59,472 bases of DNA, taken from positions 1 through 59,472 of the IMG/VR virus record IMGVR_UViG_3300010354_000097; one strand, 5' to 3'. The notes beneath the pieces were generated by a model. The model was given only the letters and a program-made list of their open reading frames with translations. It searched no databases and was not told the DNA's origin. Both the position numbers and the translations under genes were made by a program. Numbering within the stretch: the stretch's first letter is position 1; each line of letters starts with the position of its first letter. Of this stretch, positions 47,888-58,231 are shown piece by piece. The stretch is from a virus. Its lineage: Duplodnaviria > Caudoviricetes.

Positions 47888-47907
47888 ATCTCAGCACTGA
47901 TTGTAAA

Positions 47908-47939
47908 GTTATACAGAATGAACTCTGTATAACTATTTA
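47908..47939 (-). promoter_or_regulatory. Late promoter TAAATA followed by a perfect 10-bp hairpin
   Basis: Minus strand reads TAAATA (47934-39), then GTTATACAGA-6 nt-TCTGTATAAC (47908-33), then TTT. Confidence 0.6.
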
Positions 47940-47945
47940 CCATTA

Positions 47946-50900
47946 TTAAAGACGGCCGATTTGCGAGGCAGTTACCGCCGGAATAATTTCTACATTGTCC
48001 ACTGTGGCAGCACTAGTAATTATTTCGTATGGCTCAGCATTAACTTGAAATAGATCTCCAAATTCACTATTAGCACTAGTTGGAACTATAATTACACTAG
48101 CTATTGTGGGTGATAACGTAGAATGCAAATATGCACTCAGTTCTGTGAAATAAAAACTTTCTCCAAAATCCCAATTTTCAATCTCAAAATATCGATTAAT
48201 GGCCGATATAACAGTGGTTTTAATTTCATTATCGCTAACCGACACGTTAGGATTTTTAACCACTTTAAATGTAGCTCTTAGTGTTTCGGGTGCTTTATTT
48301 CCAAATAAAGGCTTGAAACTTGCCGGATTCATTATTAGAGAGTCGCTAATGCTTTTAACATCATCTAAGTCTGCAAATTCTTGATTTAATGCATCAGTTG
48401 TGGGTTTTTCTGGTTCAATTAATATGCCGGTTGTATCTCGTAACCAAGCACCGTATTCGTCGTTATAACTCTTAGTTAGCACAAATATATCAATGATATT
48501 AGTAGTACTAGGATCTATACGTCTAGTATTATTAGCATTGTGTTGATATTGAAAGTATAAATCTTGTCTTCCTGTAAATTTCATATATCCGTTGCCGGCA
48601 TCAACTACTGTTTTTGTATTATTACTTAAAATAGTTTTATAGAATAATCCAAAATTAGTAGCATAAAAGAGTTGCCCAACAGGATAAAAGTTTTTAGCAT
48701 TTATAATGTCTGTTTCAGTCTGATAATCCGATACTACTGTTTGATTATCTATAAAATTTCTTTCTACCAATCCATCATACCCGGCTTCATTTCTGAAATA
48801 AACTAAATCTTTAACACCAGCTTCTCCGGTACGTACAATACGATCAAACAGATATGGATTATCTGGAATACTATCGTTGTCTAAATCTGCGTAGGTTACT
48901 AATACACGTTTGGGATTTTGATATCCGTCGATCTCTATTACATTATCATAAATGTTCCAGACCATATCCGATTCGTAACTTTCTCCAGTCACTGGATCTG
49001 TATTAATGGAAAGAACATTTATTTGATCTTTTATTACTGTACCGGTTACTGCATCAAAAATTCGTTGGTTGTTATCAAAATAAAAATTAGTTTCTCTTAC
49101 ACTTTCAAAATAGTATTCGATACTTCGAAACTTTACATTGTAGACCCCGTTACCCGAATGATCAAATAAAATCAACCAATTTTTTTCCGAATCGTTAATA
49201 TCAAAATCAGCTGAGGTATTCACTGGGCTTTCAATCGACCAACTACTTGTAACATTATCATAACTTAACCCGAATGTATTGTTGGACAACATTTCCGTTT
49301 TAATACTAGATATAACACTGTCACTAAAATTATTACTAAATTCAGGAATAGCTCTAGATACAATTGCCTCGGTGGGAGCAATATTATTAATCGATACTGC
49401 ACCTAATCCATTGGCATTAATACCTGTATTACTAATACCCAACCCGTCGGTGGTTGCTAAAATTTTTACATAGATTACTGTTTTTTCATTCTTGTTAGTT
49501 GGTGTTCCGACCACTAATTGATTCTGAGCATTAAAGAATTTACCTGCTGGTGCAGTAAGTTCGATTAAGCTACCTGATTTAATTGATGCATAACCACCCG
49601 ACCCAATGGTTTGAACAGTTCCACTGCCGTTAACAAAATATCCCGTGTTAAGATTAGAATCTGTTGTTTGAGATACCCATTCTAAATTCGATATAGTTGT
49701 CGGATCGTAATTTTCATAATAAAAATGTAATACGTATGGTTGACTTAAAATAGGGATAATCGAATTTCTTAGAAATATTTCTATTTCGCTAGAATAATTA
49801 AATGAGAACGATGACAATACTTTCAACGAAGTATTTTTATATATTACTCCGTCTTGAGCAAATATATTAGTTCTAGAATATTTTCCTGATGCATCTACTA
49901 ACTCTAAAAATTTACTTATACCACTACTAGTTCGATTAATTGATTTAACTTTTAATATATTAGAATATGCAGTATAGGGATAGATATTGTAATCTTCTCC
50001 CGATATCATTCGACTCTGAGTATAATATTGTTGTGGTGCTCGAGTTTTGATCTCTGTTAAAGTTTCTCTTGCAGTAGCATTATTAACAGTATATTTTAAA
50101 CTAGCTCGTAAGGTTAATGTCTCGACTCGATTTGTTCGACTAACATAGTCGATTGATATCAATATATTTTGTAATTCTTGGCTACTTATTTTATAGGAAA
50201 CTCCGTTAGCTACACGATAATAAAATCGAAAATTACCAGTCGGTATATTAGCAAAACTACCATCGCCAAACACTAAACTAATTTGATCATTGGCTCGACT
50301 ATTAATTTGAAAAATGTTTCTATTTAGACTATTGTTATAGATAACATTTACACCACTAACAGTAGCAGTTTTTGTCCATGCTGTAGTTTCAACACCGCTG
50401 GAATTTAGTTGATATAACCATTGGTCTTCTTGATTAATATCATTGACATCAATATTAATAACCCGATTAGGTAAGGATTCGTTCAATACTAAATCAATAC
50501 TTGATGTAGTTCCCTGTTTAAACATTAAAAAGAATCCAGTATTTGTACTATTATTACCCAAATTATCGTTACGATAAAGAATATTAAAATTTTGTCCCAA
50601 TAAAGGAGGTTGCTCGTACAAATAACTTTGATTTAAACTAGAAGGACTAATAACTTCAAAATTCATTGTTATATCATTGACTGTGCTTTGAAACGGGATA
50701 ACCGGACTTTGAGTTCCTGTCAAATTAACACTATATTCTTCAGTTCGTATTCCCGAAATAGTTTGACTATTTCCGGGTTTACCTATTATTTGGCTGTTAA
50801 TTAATGCGGAATTCAATACTGTTCTGAATTGTTCTAACCAATTTTCGTTAGATACATCATTCCACGAGATGGCAATATTTGCTAAATTAATTCCGTCACT

Positions 50901-51293
50901 GTCTAATACTGATTCTGTAGTACTGACACTATCTATTTTTAATAACCCCTGAGCACTTTGTGTTCTTTTAGGATTGTAGTTAATAAGTTTAGCTAATTTA
51001 AGTACACTATCTCTACGTTCGGCCGTGTCAATAAAGTTTTCACGTGCATTTAAATCTGTTCTAAAAGCTAGATTTTGTCCAAGCCAAGCAATTAAATCAA
51101 TTAAGGCAATATATTCGCTGCTTTCAATGTAATCGTTAAAATTTTCTGGATAGTAAAGTCGTAGATAATCGATCATACTTTTACGTAGAGTTTCAAAATC
51201 ATAACTTTGAAAATCTGCGTTTTTAAAACTTTGATAAATTCTAGTCCAATCTTCGGCAGCAATTGTTCGATTTTGTCTATTAGTTATGGCCAT
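47946..51293 (-). CDS. Baseplate wedge protein (gp6-like)
   Basis: DFETLRKSMIDYL, ARENFIDTAERRDSV..LA..Y.P, FGDG, and RAPQQYYTQSRMISGEDY. Confidence 0.85.
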   Translation of the reverse strand: MAITNRQNRTIAAEDWTRIYQSFKNADFQSYDFETLRKSMIDYLRLYYPENFNDYIESSEYIALIDLIAWLGQNLAFRTDLNARENFIDTAERRDSVLKLAKLINYNPKRTQSAQGLLKIDSVSTTESVLDSDGINLANIAISWNDVSNENWLEQFRTVLNSALINSQIIGKPGNSQTISGIRTEEYSVNLTGTQSPVIPFQSTVNDITMNFEVISPSSLNQSYLYEQPPLLGQNFNILYRNDNLGNNSTNTGFFLMFKQGTTSSIDLVLNESLPNRVINIDVNDINQEDQWLYQLNSSGVETTAWTKTATVSGVNVIYNNSLNRNIFQINSRANDQISLVFGDGSFANIPTGNFRFYYRVANGVSYKISSQELQNILISIDYVSRTNRVETLTLRASLKYTVNNATARETLTEIKTRAPQQYYTQSRMISGEDYNIYPYTAYSNILKVKSINRTSSGISKFLELVDASGKYSRTNIFAQDGVIYKNTSLKVLSSFSFNYSSEIEIFLRNSIIPILSQPYVLHFYYENYDPTTISNLEWVSQTTDSNLNTGYFVNGSGTVQTIGSGGYASIKSGSLIELTAPAGKFFNAQNQLVVGTPTNKNEKTVIYVKILATTDGLGISNTGINANGLGAVSINNIAPTEAIVSRAIPEFSNNFSDSVISSIKTEMLSNNTFGLSYDNVTSSWSIESPVNTSADFDINDSEKNWLILFDHSGNGVYNVKFRSIEYYFESVRETNFYFDNNQRIFDAVTGTVIKDQINVLSINTDPVTGESYESDMVWNIYDNVIEIDGYQNPKRVLVTYADLDNDSIPDNPYLFDRIVRTGEAGVKDLVYFRNEAGYDGLVERNFIDNQTVVSDYQTETDIINAKNFYPVGQLFYATNFGLFYKTILSNNTKTVVDAGNGYMKFTGRQDLYFQYQHNANNTRRIDPSTTNIIDIFVLTKSYNDEYGAWLRDTTGILIEPEKPTTDALNQEFADLDDVKSISDSLIMNPASFKPLFGNKAPETLRATFKVVKNPNVSVSDNEIKTTVISAINRYFEIENWDFGESFYFTELSAYLHSTLSPTIASVIIVPTSANSEFGDLFQVNAEPYEIITSAATVDNVEIIPAVTASQIGRL

Positions 51294-51315
51294 TCTGATT
51301 ATCTCACTTATCTAT

Positions 51316-51323
51316 TATTTATA
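51316..51323 (-). promoter_or_regulatory. T4-type late promoter TATAAATA
   Basis: Exact T4 consensus overlapping the gp25-like stop, upstream of the gp6-like gene. Confidence 0.7.
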
Positions 51324-51696
51324 TAGTGTTTACCGTGGGTGCTGTACGTTGATCAAATGTCACTGTCATGTTTTCTAGTTCGTTAGTATCTCTAATGAGA
51401 ATTTGTAATTCAATTTGAATCCCATGTTGATAATCAGTAACTGATGCGGCTTCTATAACAACTCTGGGATCTGAATTAGCAATCCTTGTGATATCGTCCT
51501 GTATAGCAGTTCTTAGTTCTTCGGTAAATGGATCAAATAATAAATCCCAAATAATAGTTCCAAAATTGGGATTCATTACACGTTCCCCTTTTCGTGTATT
51601 AAAATGATTTAACAGATCTTGTTTTATAAGTTCGTAGTCATTTAATTTGTAATTTTTAATTTTATTTTTTGAGCTAAACCCACGATATATTGTCAT
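51319..51696 (-). CDS. Baseplate wedge subunit gp25-like
   Basis: IKQDLLNHFNTRKGERVMNPNFGTIIWDLLFDP and DPRV. Confidence 0.92.
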   Translation of the reverse strand: MTIYRGFSSKNKIKNYKLNDYELIKQDLLNHFNTRKGERVMNPNFGTIIWDLLFDPFTEELRTAIQDDITRIANSDPRVVIEAASVTDYQHGIQIELQILIRDTNELENMTVTFDQRTAPTVNTI

Positions 51697-51699
51697 GAT

Positions 51700-53883
51700 T
51701 TATGTTCCTTTTGCTAACACATCGATAGCATATCTTCCATAGTTATAATATTCTATCCCTGTAGTTCCATTGGCATCAGCACCTGATCCGGTTTGTCTCC
51801 ATCCCAGAGCCCCGGGTCTTGCTCCGCCTTTATTAGGTCCTAACAAATGAGCTACACACAGCATACCAGCTATAGTACATTTATCGTCGCCGTCTTTAAT
51901 TCCGCCGTTTCCTACCATACGTTGATAATTAGCCTGTAGCTGTTCGTACATAACTTGTTCTTGTATTTGACTGTTTGCCAACCAAGCTGCTCGATTATTA
52001 ATTCCATTTTTTCCGGTCCAAGCTAATGCAACAGTCAATGCGGCATTTTTATATTGATCATAGTATTCTTTTTTAATATAGCCGCGATCAACTAATGCCG
52101 CAGCACCAAATTGATATTTTCCAGCATACCCAATGGTATTCAATGCCGAGTAGTTCCAGGTACTTTCTTTCCATCCTAATTGTCCCATAACTGCTCTTAC
52201 TTCGCCGGCACTCAATGGGCCTATTCCTCCGATCGGTGTTGGTTGATCTTTCATTTGACTGGGATTCAACCGTGTTTTTAACGGTTTTCCCAAGGCCGAA
52301 CTCGGACCGGGATCTAATTGTCTAGTCCCGGTTCCAACCGGAGTTCCATCTTCTGTAGTTAAAACTCCTCCAGATACTTGAACTTCATTGACATTACACT
52401 CGATGGAAGACATTTCAGGAATATTAGGATTCTGTTCATTAACATTTTCTCCGTCAACATTGCCCGACGAAGCCGAAGTCGAATAAGATGTTGACGGAGA
52501 ACTATTATTAACAGTAACACCGGCACGACGTGTATAAGGTTCATGGGTTGGTGCCACAGAAACAATACTGGTTAAAGATTTTTCCAATGACTCATAAACT
52601 CCTGTCCCTGTGTTTTTCTTTACATCATCTAACTCTTTGATTGGTATAGGCTCCGGTACACTGATTGGATCTCCTGAATTTTCTAAAATTTGAGCTCCTT
52701 GAATTTTCACGTTTGAGCTTGCTAACATATCAAAATTCGAAGCATACATCGTATGAGTTGTAGTAGTTGTAAAATCTGTTTTCTGTGCCTCGACTTTTAG
52801 CCCATTTGCTGCTTTCATGTTAATATTTGCATTAGAATGAATATTAACATCTCTATCGGCGTGAAAATTCAAATCTCCCTGTGTCCGAACATTTAACCCG
52901 TTACTTGAGAATATGTGCATTTGTCCCGAATTACTTAACTCAATCCAAACACTACCGTTGCTGTTACTAATGTACATTGTTTGGCCGCTATCATGCATAA
53001 CAATTTGATGGCCACCTGCGGTTCTTATTCTTATTTGTTGATCATTGCCATTAACTGTTCCGTCATCTAAAACTATGGTATGACCGCCTTGTCTTGCAGT
53101 AACTATAAAATCTTCTGCGGTGGCTTCGTTTTTTGAAAGCTTTTCTAATAATGCTGCATTATCTTTAGTATCTGGTAACGGTCTGCCGGGAGTACTAAAT
53201 CCAAAAACTGCACTAGGAGTTTCTCTCTGACTACTACTAGTGGTAGTTCCGCGAACTGGATCGTTTTCTAATCCTTGATTAACTAGATTTGTGAATTGTG
53301 TTCTGTGTAAAGGTCTTTCGTTTTTTGATAGATATCCCGGTGTACGTAATTCTTGATTATTTTCGTTGAATTCGATAGTAGGATATTGATTGCCATCCTT
53401 GGTTTGAGCTTGTATATCTGCAGGTAATTCTGCTTTAACTTTTTCTCCGTTCCATTTAGTAGTCGACGATACACCTGGAATCATATTATGACTAACATGT
53501 GGAGATATACAAGCGAACCAATATCCTTTATCGGGTCTTCCTCCAACAAATGTTACTAATACTTGAGCTCCGATATCAGGAGGTATCATCCAAAATCCGT
53601 AAGTATGATTTACAGTTGAGAAGGTAGTTTCTTTAGAATCGTTATTTGGATAAGTGCTACCCATAAACGGACTAGCATAGCTCACCGGCTTCCACATTCG
53701 ACTGTCATTTTCATCACCGCCTAAGTCAGGAATAAAAACTTCCAAACGACCTTTTCTTGCATCATCGAGATTATTCTTAACAATTCCTATATAAACTCCT
53801 GTATCAATCCTCGACGAACTTAATTCCGGTCTACTATATGCTGCTGGTTTATTGTCAGATCTTTTATCGTTATATTGAGCCAA
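51700..53883 (-). CDS. Baseplate hub/spike (gp5/VgrG-like) with a C-terminal lysozyme-like domain
   Basis: OB-fold GRLEVFIP..PPDIGAQVLVTF, beta-helix IRTAGGHQIVMHD, and C-terminal ESTWNYSALNTIGYAGKYQFG. Confidence 0.85.
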   Translation of the reverse strand: MAQYNDKRSDNKPAAYSRPELSSSRIDTGVYIGIVKNNLDDARKGRLEVFIPDLGGDENDSRMWKPVSYASPFMGSTYPNNDSKETTFSTVNHTYGFWMIPPDIGAQVLVTFVGGRPDKGYWFACISPHVSHNMIPGVSSTTKWNGEKVKAELPADIQAQTKDGNQYPTIEFNENNQELRTPGYLSKNERPLHRTQFTNLVNQGLENDPVRGTTTSSSQRETPSAVFGFSTPGRPLPDTKDNAALLEKLSKNEATAEDFIVTARQGGHTIVLDDGTVNGNDQQIRIRTAGGHQIVMHDSGQTMYISNSNGSVWIELSNSGQMHIFSSNGLNVRTQGDLNFHADRDVNIHSNANINMKAANGLKVEAQKTDFTTTTTHTMYASNFDMLASSNVKIQGAQILENSGDPISVPEPIPIKELDDVKKNTGTGVYESLEKSLTSIVSVAPTHEPYTRRAGVTVNNSSPSTSYSTSASSGNVDGENVNEQNPNIPEMSSIECNVNEVQVSGGVLTTEDGTPVGTGTRQLDPGPSSALGKPLKTRLNPSQMKDQPTPIGGIGPLSAGEVRAVMGQLGWKESTWNYSALNTIGYAGKYQFGAAALVDRGYIKKEYYDQYKNAALTVALAWTGKNGINNRAAWLANSQIQEQVMYEQLQANYQRMVGNGGIKDGDDKCTIAGMLCVAHLLGPNKGGARPGALGWRQTGSGADANGTTGIEYYNYGRYAIDVLAKGT

Positions 53884-53885
53884 AG

Positions 53886-56800
53886 TTATCCTCCTGTACT
53901 ATAGCTATCTTCTTGAGAAGGTGCATCTACTGTAGCTCCCTCAGGTATACCAAATGCAGAAGTTAATCTTTGATTTAATCTTCTATTGCTAGCTACTTGC
54001 TCGGCACTAATTGCATCAGGATTATTTGATTGATTTTGAATTCTTAATGCTTCCAATCTATCTTGATCTGTTACACCGCTTAATGCTGGGGTTTCATTAT
54101 AGTTTGTGTTTGGATCTGAAAACGGATCTGAGAAATTTCTCGGTACACTTGCGAATGTCTGTAACGACGGAATAGCTGGCGGTTGAATTATTGCCGCCGG
54201 CGAAGGTATTATAGAATTTTTCCCCGGCATAGTATTACCAACAAACCCTGTTCTTCCCAGTCTAGCAGTTTCGGCCGCGGATTGATTTTCGGGAGCAACA
54301 CTGCTTCTAGGAGTTTCTTCCCTTCTGGCAGTTTCAGTCGGGGATTGATTTTCAACAGGAAAATCATTCTTTTCGTTGAATATTTTTATTAGATCTAATG
54401 TTTGATCAAATTTACCCCGAGAAAAAGAATTTTCTACACGTATAATTCTATACAAACCAGAAAATCGACTGGTTACATATTTTCCATTGGTTTCTAATAA
54501 TCCTGTGGTAGAATCGTAATCCACTGGTGTATTAAATATTAATCTTACATATCTTTCTTCATAATCAAAAATTATACTATTATTTTTCGACAATATTTCT
54601 GTTTTTAAATTTTCAGAATTTTGAGGATTATAAAAAATATCATCCTGTTTAATATAACGGGGATCTCCGATAATAGTTAGTCTGACATTAATCATGTCTC
54701 CACGAGACGAACTCAAAACTGTATTATAAAAATCGGATGCTGCGATTCCCTTAGCTGTATCGGAATCAACGCTACCTATCTGTAATGGAATGTTGCTACT
54801 TACTGGTATAGTTTTTATTGGCATAAAGGTATCCGACGGAGAATATCCTTTGGATTCATCTCTGTCAGTCGGAGCACCGGCAGCAGAATTCCATAGATTC
54901 CATTTTTGTCTATCTGCTGTGGCCATTGTAAAAAACAATACATTGAAATCTATGTCTAGATCGATTATGTGACGATTTTTGCCTGTAAAAATATATTGAT
55001 ATTCTTGTAACCAACGTGTCGGCAAACTTTTTGGGGCTAACGGAGATTTAGTATTATAAATTATATGTTTTACAATATTAAAATTTATAACTTTACTGTA
55101 AGTATTTCTTTTTGGATCAAATTTTTCTAATGTAACACTAGGAATTATTTTAAACCAATTAATAGGTTTTTCCTCAGCATTGGCAATTTCTACTCCGTCT
55201 TCCTTGTTAGAAATTTTTTGACTTTTTTCTGTTAATTGATTTTTAATATAATCACTATTTCGGAGTATCATATTAATAACATTAACAATGCTAGTACCGG
55301 CATTAATTGAAAAAATTCCTTGTTTAGGTGTTTCTGTTGCTGCTCCGCCCTCTTGCCTATTAGAACTATTGGAACTAAATGCTAATCGATTAGTCGGTAT
55401 TAATTTTGGATCTACAATCAAAGTTTTAGCTATATCCTCATCTATAGTAAAAGTATAGACATCGGGTTCTTCGACTTGTTTTAAAAATTTTAATCTTTGT
55501 TGAAAAGCATTTAGTGCCTGTGTATAACTGCTGGCATTAAAAACTTTCTTTTTAAAATTAGTTTGTACTTCATTTATAGCTCTTCTTCGATCCTCTGCCG
55601 AAGTTACACCTAAGTCAATATCAGTTGCAGCAGTCGACGATAACACAGAAACACGAGTTTCTGCTTCTCTTTGTGAATTAACTAAATCCTCAGTCAATTT
55701 ACTAGTATTAGTATTATTTGCAAAAAAATCCGCTACAGTTTTAGCAGTAACCTGAAGATTAACCGGAGTAGATCCGTGTTCAGTGGCTTGATACGCTATA
55801 TGATTATATGGTATCGCAGTAATATCATAAGTTGACCCTGCTGATGTTACTTTAAACTTAGCATTGATTAACTTGATAGGAATATACTTTGTATGTTGAT
55901 TTAATGTGACCGGTAGTCCGTCATCGGTATTGCCTCTAAATTCGATTATAAGCATGTAAGGGAGTTCAATATAATTTCTTGCTCCTAACTCTGTGGCCAT
56001 GGTATATAATCTATCAAAAAAACTTACTCCCATTGGTTCGATTATTTTAAAGGTTAAGTTTATAACATTGCTACCTTTAGTTCTACTATTAAGTCCAACA
56101 ATGGTATCAAATTTTAAATCTGTTAAAAAAAAGTCTTTAGTAAAATTTTTGTCTCGAGAAATTTGATCATTATTACGACTTCCAGTAGCCAATACTACAT
56201 GCTCAGGACGATATGTATAATCTTTTAATTTTACAATCTTATTGTAAACGTCCGGTTTAATAGCTGCCAACGTAAATGCATAAGAATAATCAGCTAATTG
56301 ATCTAAAGGATTTTCTCCTAGTATCTGTCCAATAGTTTGACCAGTGGATCCTTTTTCTTGTTTCTGCTCTGATACTTGTGTGGTAGTTGTATTGGATCCA
56401 CTGTCTTCGCCAGAAGGTCTGACTGAAGTCCTACCAGACTCATTGGTTATATTATTAGATGTATTTGCATTAGTTCCTGGGGGTAACTGAGCACCGGTTT
56501 CAGAAACATTATTTCCCTTAGCAATATTCTCAGCTGACTGACTATCCCGAGGTATTTGATTTTGAGCACCAGCAGCCGGTGTTGGGACCGCATGATTGGT
56601 AGTAGTAGTAGAACTAGATGTTACCTCTGACTTTTGTACTTGTTGTGTACTATCGACAGATTCTTGAGCTGTATTCGATCTTGTTATTTCTGGCGATACT
56701 GACTGACCGGTATCTAAATCGTAACCTTGCCTTAAAGCCTGAGATTTTAGACGATCTATCGAATCTGACGCTGCACTAGCTGTTGCTGAATCATTACTAA

Positions 56801-56930
56801 AGAGAGGATTTCGAAGAGATCCACTTATCGCTTGGTTAGGCGAAGAGCCGGTACCAACAGTTTTCCCTGATTCAGTATCGACTACAATCCATTGCCCATT
56901 GGATTCTCTTTGTATACTGTAATTAAACAC
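53886..56930 (-). CDS. Putative baseplate hub protein (gp27/gpD-like)
   Basis: Lies between the gp53-like and gp5-like genes; IIEPMG, LTIIGDP and FSGLYRIIRVENSFSRGKFDQTLDL; low-complexity termini. Confidence 0.6.
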   Translation of the reverse strand: MFNYSIQRESNGQWIVVDTESGKTVGTGSSPNQAISGSLRNPLFSNDSATASAASDSIDRLKSQALRQGYDLDTGQSVSPEITRSNTAQESVDSTQQVQKSEVTSSSTTTTNHAVPTPAAGAQNQIPRDSQSAENIAKGNNVSETGAQLPPGTNANTSNNITNESGRTSVRPSGEDSGSNTTTTQVSEQKQEKGSTGQTIGQILGENPLDQLADYSYAFTLAAIKPDVYNKIVKLKDYTYRPEHVVLATGSRNNDQISRDKNFTKDFFLTDLKFDTIVGLNSRTKGSNVINLTFKIIEPMGVSFFDRLYTMATELGARNYIELPYMLIIEFRGNTDDGLPVTLNQHTKYIPIKLINAKFKVTSAGSTYDITAIPYNHIAYQATEHGSTPVNLQVTAKTVADFFANNTNTSKLTEDLVNSQREAETRVSVLSSTAATDIDLGVTSAEDRRRAINEVQTNFKKKVFNASSYTQALNAFQQRLKFLKQVEEPDVYTFTIDEDIAKTLIVDPKLIPTNRLAFSSNSSNRQEGGAATETPKQGIFSINAGTSIVNVINMILRNSDYIKNQLTEKSQKISNKEDGVEIANAEEKPINWFKIIPSVTLEKFDPKRNTYSKVINFNIVKHIIYNTKSPLAPKSLPTRWLQEYQYIFTGKNRHIIDLDIDFNVLFFTMATADRQKWNLWNSAAGAPTDRDESKGYSPSDTFMPIKTIPVSSNIPLQIGSVDSDTAKGIAASDFYNTVLSSSRGDMINVRLTIIGDPRYIKQDDIFYNPQNSENLKTEILSKNNSIIFDYEERYVRLIFNTPVDYDSTTGLLETNGKYVTSRFSGLYRIIRVENSFSRGKFDQTLDLIKIFNEKNDFPVENQSPTETARREETPRSSVAPENQSAAETARLGRTGFVGNTMPGKNSIIPSPAAIIQPPAIPSLQTFASVPRNFSDPFSDPNTNYNETPALSGVTDQDRLEALRIQNQSNNPDAISAEQVASNRRLNQRLTSAFGIPEGATVDAPSQEDSYSTGG

Positions 56931-56940
56931 GTTTTATATC

Positions 56941-57249
56941 CTAAATTCCCAATGCAGAGTTTAAAGTTTCTTGTGTGGGAATATAAATGGTTCTTCCTGT
57001 AACAAAGTCAAAAATTGGATCTTCGATTGCATTCGGATTGCGTGCTGCAAATACCCACCAAAGATTGCTGTCACCATATAGGTCGTTGGCTAACAAGTCT
57101 GGTCTATATTGATATATTGCATCAATAATATAAATTACATCACTGGGAAATTTAGGAATATTTCTAAATTGCATAACATCTAAAAATTTTCCAAAAGTTT
57201 TAGTTTCTGAATAAGGACTGGCTTTACTGTATGCAATTGCCATGATCAA
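56941..57249 (-). CDS. Baseplate wedge gp53-like (LysM-like)
   Basis: RPDLLANDLYGDSNLWWVFAARN..DPIFDF..G..IYIP. Confidence 0.85.
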   Translation of the reverse strand: MIMAIAYSKASPYSETKTFGKFLDVMQFRNIPKFPSDVIYIIDAIYQYRPDLLANDLYGDSNLWWVFAARNPNAIEDPIFDFVTGRTIYIPTQETLNSALGI

Positions 57250-58130
57250 ATATATCCTTTTTTAAGATAATCTCCACGAGAGAATGCTTCGGTACTAAAT
57301 TCAGCAACTTTAGATCTACTGTATACAGGCTGTAAAGTAACACTTATTGTACTAATGACAGGTATTTTAGTTCTTACTGAACTTGCACCTGCTACATAGT
57401 CTGAGTCGGGTTCTCCGGGAGGAACTGGATTTTTTCTTGCTTCTTTTATATCTAAAGAAGGAGCACTAATATAATCAACATCTTCGGGCATACTGTGTTG
57501 AAATTGGGTAAGTACACAAGGAACATGTGGCAAATAATATTGTCCGTAACCATCCAAGAATAACATTGGCGGAGGATTTCCTGCTAAACTGTCTTTACCT
57601 GTAAACATTTTTCCAGCTGAACGAAAGAAATGTATTACTGCTAATACATATTGTGCTTCTTCGGGTGTTTGAGCTGTAAACTCTGCACCTATTGTAATCG
57701 AACTTACACTTGATCGATTGTACGAATAAAATCCGTAGTTAGTATGAGTAATATCGGTGTCAGTATACTGACTTTGAAATGTTATATCTACTTTAGGAGT
57801 ATAAGGAAAAATAACTCCTTTTGTGGCTACTAACGGTTTTAATATATTTCCCGGATTTGTAGCCTGATATAAAATGTTACTATTTTCCCCCACTGATATA
57901 CGTACACGCCAGTCGTCAACTTCTTTCATTCCTGAGAAAGTTGTCTTGGTATCAACACGAGCTAAAGAAGATTTTGATTTAGCTTTTCCCCCGACATTTA
58001 ATCCTGCGTTTAGTAATCTTCCCATTTTGGGATCTACTGCACTAACCAAGCCAACACCAGCTTGTGTTACACTACCGATAACACCTTGGGTTCCTCTAAC
58101 AACAGAATTAAATAAATTGAACACAGGCAT
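57246..58130 (-). CDS. Putative tail-tube initiator / baseplate protein
   Basis: FPYTP, HFFRSAGKMF, GNPPPMLFLDGYG and VPCVL; adjacent to the LysM wedge gene. Confidence 0.55.
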   Translation of the reverse strand: MPVFNLFNSVVRGTQGVIGSVTQAGVGLVSAVDPKMGRLLNAGLNVGGKAKSKSSLARVDTKTTFSGMKEVDDWRVRISVGENSNILYQATNPGNILKPLVATKGVIFPYTPKVDITFQSQYTDTDITHTNYGFYSYNRSSVSSITIGAEFTAQTPEEAQYVLAVIHFFRSAGKMFTGKDSLAGNPPPMLFLDGYGQYYLPHVPCVLTQFQHSMPEDVDYISAPSLDIKEARKNPVPPGEPDSDYVAGASSVRTKIPVISTISVTLQPVYSRSKVAEFSTEAFSRGDYLKKGYI

Positions 58131-58147
58131 AGCAGTTCCTTTTATTA

Positions 58148-58227
58148 TATTTATCGGTGAAAATACCGCATGATTTGACTTTAACTAGTTAAACATTGTA
58201 CAATCCTCTTAGAGAGGTAGATAAATA
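58148..58227. promoter_or_regulatory. Divergent promoter region
   Basis: Minus-strand TAAATA at 58148-58153 (tail operon); plus-strand TTGACT-18 bp-TACAAT at 58175-58204 and ATAAATA at 58221-58227. Confidence 0.6.
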
Positions 58228-58231
58228 TTAG

